DNA from: Iphione sp. A-MEVVRFRX5
Lineage: Eukaryota
Reading direction: 5' to 3'
DNA: 64,000 nt
Assembly: GCA_976226885.1 (NCBI GenBank)
Contig: OZ320313.1
Location: 52,080,001-52,144,000 of the forward strand
Shown here one piece after another: positions 60,132 to 64,000 of this stretch. Numbering within the stretch: position 1 is the first letter of the stretch; each line of letters starts with the position of its first letter. The position numbers and the translations under genes were made by a program. The notes under the pieces are model-generated. The model worked only from the letters and a program-made list of their open reading frames with translations, did no database searches and was not told where the DNA came from.

Positions 60132-61477
60132 CCGTCTCCTTGATCGGCCTTGACCCACTCGGCCCTCCGTATGCTAAAGCATGATTGGTCAAATCCAAGT
60201 CACATGGCAACTACTTCACATGACAACAGTATTCTGCCGCAAAAATGAGCATATATGCTTTGAAGCTTCAAAAACTTTTTTTAACTCCATGCATTCGATT
60301 TATCTTATTTATACAACGGGGAAGATAGTGTGGAATCCTTTATTGAAGATACCACCAAAAGCTGTTTTTTAATTTTGTTTTCATTCTCCCGAATTATTTC
60401 ACAAAACGCAGTATACCTTAGTCAGTTTGTTATCAAGTTGTCCGTCGAGTGTTGGCTTTACGTACACCAACCGGAAAAGAATACATTATTTGAACATGTA
60501 TGCATTGAAACTAAATTTGCTGTGTACTTGACGACATGTACGGGTGAACCGGAGAATCGAATTTATAACTAGATTATATAAACGTTTGCCTTGTAAACAA
60601 TCTCGGAAACTCTAAAGTTATGTGAATGATATTTGTTAAAGCCATAAGAAAAAGTGAAAATGTCTGTAAATTCGATAGCGGCTGATTTTCAGTCATGAGC
60701 CTGCCTTTCATGCTTACAACGTGAACGATTTTTGCAATTCCTTTGGAGTTTTCTCATGTCCCTCCATTGTGGCCATTGCTTCACAGCCGGTGTTTTAGTA
60801 TCAATATGCACTGCTCTGTCCATTTCTTGGAGTAAAAAGCTTAAAATTGTAACAATGACAGGGAAACTTTCCTCGGCCTTCAGTCCCCATGCGTCGTGGC
60901 TATAAGTAGGGCTAGTGGGTAAATAAATCACCTTGCATGAGTGTACGTATTGCCTGGGGTGCGGGGGCCTGCGTGCCCCTAGTGCGTAGAGTGTAATGCA
61001 CTGTTCGGGGCTTTCCTGGCGCTAACTACTACCCTCCTAGTCCACCTTCCATGTTTGGCCCTGATCGGCGCTACCTTTCCTTTATGCGCGCGGCAGCGGT
61101 TTCCCGGCAACACCACACGCCCATCCAGCCATTTGCAATTCGCGGCTAGGCAAATTAAGCTCAAACTGCCCTTTGATTATTTTCTGATTATTTCCTCCCC
61201 GTTTCGGTATGATTGCAAACTGTTGCATACACTGTACACATTTACACAGACACAACCACTCCCTCCAGCGCAACCCACACTGCTGCCGCTGTCGCCGGCT
61301 CCGTCACTCTTCCCTGTCCTCTCCCCGGAGAGCCTTGTCCTTAATAATAGTGCCACCACGCAAAGCAAAAACGACCTTTTTGACCTCAGCAAGTATTTTT
61401 TACATATTGTTCTAATTTAAATGATCAAATTCGGATCTATCAGACACACCCGTGAAAGGCATGCTTCGTGACTGAAG

Positions 61478-61677
61478 ATGGGCTGATGCTGTCACCATGA
61501 CAACAAACGTCTCATTTCTCTTGACGGTTAATGCATGATGGTTGAACTGTTTTACCGATGGTGCTGTTTTTTTTTATTTACCCATGGTGCCTTGCTGCTT
61601 GCTGTTGTCATGTGCCGCCATCCCTGCCATGCTGCCATTTCATTGGCCAATGCCATCGTGCTCTGCATACTAATTAG
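61478..61677 (+). promoter_or_regulatory. Splicing-regulatory element: AG-exclusion zone with distant branch point candidates and dense YGCY (MBNL-binding) cluster
   Basis: No AG in 61478-61675. 12 YGCY motifs in 61562-61662. Branch-like TTGAC at 61521-25 and TTAAT at 61528-32; TGCATG at 61532-37; TACTAAT at 61668-74. Confidence 0.75.
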
Positions 61678-61749
61678 CCACACGTGGTAGAGGTCTTGAC
61701 AGCGTCAGGCAAGAAACGACCTCGCGACCCGGGCGATGATTTCATTCTG
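61678..61749 (+). CDS. mbnl: NLS-bearing cassette exon (PHVVEVLTASGKKRPRDPGDDFIL), positional homolog of vertebrate MBNL1 exon 5
   Basis: First AG (61676-77) after a 198-nt AG-free zone; 72 nt open in phase 0; donor CTG|GTACTA at 61750. It contains KKRPR, ends D-F-x-L and joins in frame to the G...KRP exon, like vertebrate exon 5 (...LKRPLEATFDL, recalled) joining exon 6 (GIPQ...KRP). Confidence 0.8.
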
Positions 61750-62934
61750 GTACTATTCCCATCATGCTTTGCATGTAGCCAGTAGTTTGCTTAAGAAGAT
61801 GTTTTGCACAGTCACATGACAAAATAGCTGACCTACATCTTGCTTCGTACGATTATTTTTTTTGTCCTTGGCACATCTCTGGTTGATACTATTCACAAAG
61901 CATTTGGACACTGCTTGCATGAGGAACATAGGAAATCTCATGGCTCCTTAAGACCCAAATCAAAAATGCCTTGGATGGAGAGTAAAGCTCACCCATTGCT
62001 CAATTTCTCTGGGCTTTCTTTAGGCTGTGGGACCCTGTTCATTTATTCTGGGATCTAGATTGAGGTGGGAAAAGTGCCCCTTAAAACAAAAGAAACAAAT
62101 CGTCTTGACAAATTTTTTGAAACGGGAAACCATCTTTAGAATAATGAGTTTCCAGTGTCTTATGATCCTGTACAAACGAAAGTGATTTGTGTTTTGTTAT
62201 GTTTCGATTGTTATTGTTTTGTATCGTTAATTGTCGGCCACACAGTTCCTGGTGGGAACTCATGCCCCGAAGAAAAAAATCCTACATCATTAAATAGACA
62301 TGATGGCCCAAGCATCATGATCACTTGCTCTTTATTTGTCATGTGATTCTGCATAACAAGAAGTAGAATATGGCTGTGGAGAAATGTAAAACTATGGAGG
62401 AATCAGATTTAGAATTTACATACTTGAAAGAGAAATGTAAACTTTACTTTAATTACCTCTTTAACTAGCTAGATATTTCTTAACTATTATGAGTAAAATC
62501 TGTACCCTTAGAAAATCTATTTATGAACCGGCTTTCTCACCAGTATAATTCACTGGCAACATAAGTTATCGATTGCTCTCAGGTATAAACTTAAGCTTCT
62601 AGAGCAGATAAACAACTTTAGGCAGTTTCCATGACTGTAATAGAGTCATGGGACACATCAGAAGACGCATAGTAGTTGCTTACCTTTGTTTAACTTTTTA
62701 ACTATTATTTACAATGGCTCTTGACTGATAAAGTCGGCAGCAACAGTCGAAAAAAATCGAAATTACAGTCTCCATTTGGTTGCATAATCACTAAAAAGTT
62801 CTCCGACTCATTTATTAAATTGAAAAAAAATCATCATTACGTTCTGACTCAGCCACCTTGCTCGTTCTGCTAAACTTGTAAGTAACCATCGTTTCCCATC
62901 AGCACATTTCATTTTATATATGGGCCTTTTACAG

Positions 62935-63082
62935 GGAACCGGTGTGACGCCCGGTATGGTCCCTATGATAAAGAGACCTGCAGTGGCTGACAGTAAAAGT
63001 GGGATTCCCATGTACCAACCGAACACGGGCACTGCCGCCTACCAGCAAGCTCTGGCAGCAGTGCAGTTACAGCAGCCCTTCG
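62935..63082 (+). CDS. mbnl: MBNL exon with second KRP basic motif (GTGVTPGMVPMIKRPAVADSKSGIPMYQPNTGTAAYQQALAAVQLQQPF)
   Basis: Acceptor ccttttacAG at 62933-34, donor TCG|GTAAGT at 63083; 148 nt, phase 0/1. KRPA...KSGIP.YQ and YQQALA.. QLQQ are muscleblind C-terminal motifs. Confidence 0.9.
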
Positions 63083-63439
63083 GTAAGTTGTCTCCGTCCA
63101 TTGGTTATCGTCCATCTCCCCTCAAGCTTGTGCGCACATATTCCCATGTTTTTCAAATCTGCATTGGTTTCCTTCTTCCGCCATCTCTTCTATGCCAAAT
63201 TATTTTACTGGGTCTCCAGTAGGAACCATTTATTACACTTTTAACATTATAAAGTCCATAAGTGCATCGAAAATGATCGATTTCTTTATTAATTCTGCCT
63301 TGCAACATTGCAGTCCTCTTATAACTATTATTTCACAGTTTTGGAATTGGGAAGATCACCGTTATGTTAATGTTGACATCTCTTTTCCCAGTTTCTGACT
63401 ATGAACTGCAATTCAGTCCGTCAAGATGATTGGTCAAGC

Positions 63440-63505
63440 TACATATAGATACATGTGTATATATGTATATGTACATATATATGTTTACATGTATGCTATA
63501 TAATG
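63440..63505 (+). repeat. AT-rich alternating purine-pyrimidine low-complexity tract
   Basis: tacatatagatacatgtgtatatatgtatatgtacatatatatgtttacatgtatgctatataatgta. Confidence 0.75.
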
Positions 63506-63854
63506 TAATGGAACTGCTTCATTTGAGTCAATTAAACCAAATTTACGCTGGTTAAGTTATTGGTTTGTAAACGTGAAAGGCAATCGCCAGTGCAAACTGC
63601 CCTCTACTTGCTTTCTCGACACAGTTTCCCTGCTAATTGTTGTTGCGAGTGCACATTATGTCAGCTATATAAAGGTGGTACTAAGGAGATCCCTTCTCGA
63701 CAACATCGATATAATGCAGTCTCGCTTCATGGTCACTCACTGCATATGTGTTTCTACTGCCGCTCTATCTAATGGAAAATGCTGAATGGATATTTTGATG
63801 AATACTCTTAAGAGGAACTGTTCAATGATATCCGATACCTATGCATATGTATAG

Positions 63855-64000
63855 AATTGCACCGGTTTTTTCTGACGGTCAAATGTTGATGTTTCTCTTT
63901 TCATGCCTTCTCCTGTCGCTTGTTCCTGGCGCGCACACTCTGCATGCTGTCACTCATGTGCTTTCCAACCATCCAATCGCTGGCCTTGTTTACTGTGTTG
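63855..64000 (+). promoter_or_regulatory. AG-exclusion zone / extended polypyrimidine tract of the next mbnl exon (exon just beyond the window)
   Basis: No AG for the last 146 nt; CTGAC branch motif at 63872-76; 5 YGCY and one TGCATG (63941-46). Confidence 0.6.

Larger units (their letters stand above)
1..64000 (+). other. mbnl: Body of a large muscleblind-like (MBNL) gene, mostly intron; 5' coding exon (ZnF1) and 3' exons lie outside the visible sequence
   Basis: Five colinear MBNL-type exons on + between 34067 and 63082. The first visible exon starts mid-ZnF2, so an upstream coding exon is required. The last visible exon ends in phase 1 at a GTAAGT donor. Assigning 1-34066 to the mbnl intron is an inference from the long ZnF1-ZnF2 intron known in other muscleblind genes. 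Confidence 0.75.

Noticed and set aside
63083-63398. Read-through and downstream ORFs after the last visible exon
   Set aside because: Hydrophobic, intron-like composition; pyrimidine-rich DNA is naturally stop-poor and no convincing acceptor or polyA signal was seen.

Overview
Eukaryotic, intron-rich animal DNA, roughly 40% GC by eye. The exon sequences and composition suggest an invertebrate deuterostome/chordate such as amphioxus, which is an inference. The window lies inside a single + strand muscleblind (MBNL/mbl) gene. Recognisable coding exons are 34067-34225 (second half of ZnF2 plus NGRNNL motif), 53176-53346 (linker ending RADRLE), 56073-56321 (ZnF3+ZnF4), 61678-61749 (72-nt KKRPR cassette, absent from the ORF track) and 62935-63082 (KRP...YQQAL exon). 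Two further in-frame candidate cassettes lie at 45855-45911 and 48796-48840. The ZnF1 exon is not visible; it lies upstream or in the N gap at 24466-24618. Nearly all other ORFs in the track look spurious. The most notable signal is an apparently complete splicing-autoregulation circuit. A 198-nt AG-free zone packed with YGCY (MBNL) motifs, plus RBFOX and QKI-type motifs, precedes an NLS cassette exon and mirrors vertebrate MBNL1 exon 5. The ZnF3/4 exon begins with a donor-like GTATGT, so it could be removed by re-splicing. Several stop-containing alternative acceptors and a recursive-splice-like 16-nt microexon are also present. Other content: one PIF/Harbinger-type MITE carrying four octamer motifs, simple repeats, promoter-like CpG-rich patches and nuclear-receptor repeat elements. 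No tRNA, rRNA, CRISPR array or intact transposase/RT ORF was found. All exon calls come from manual splice-site reading and need RNA-seq confirmation.
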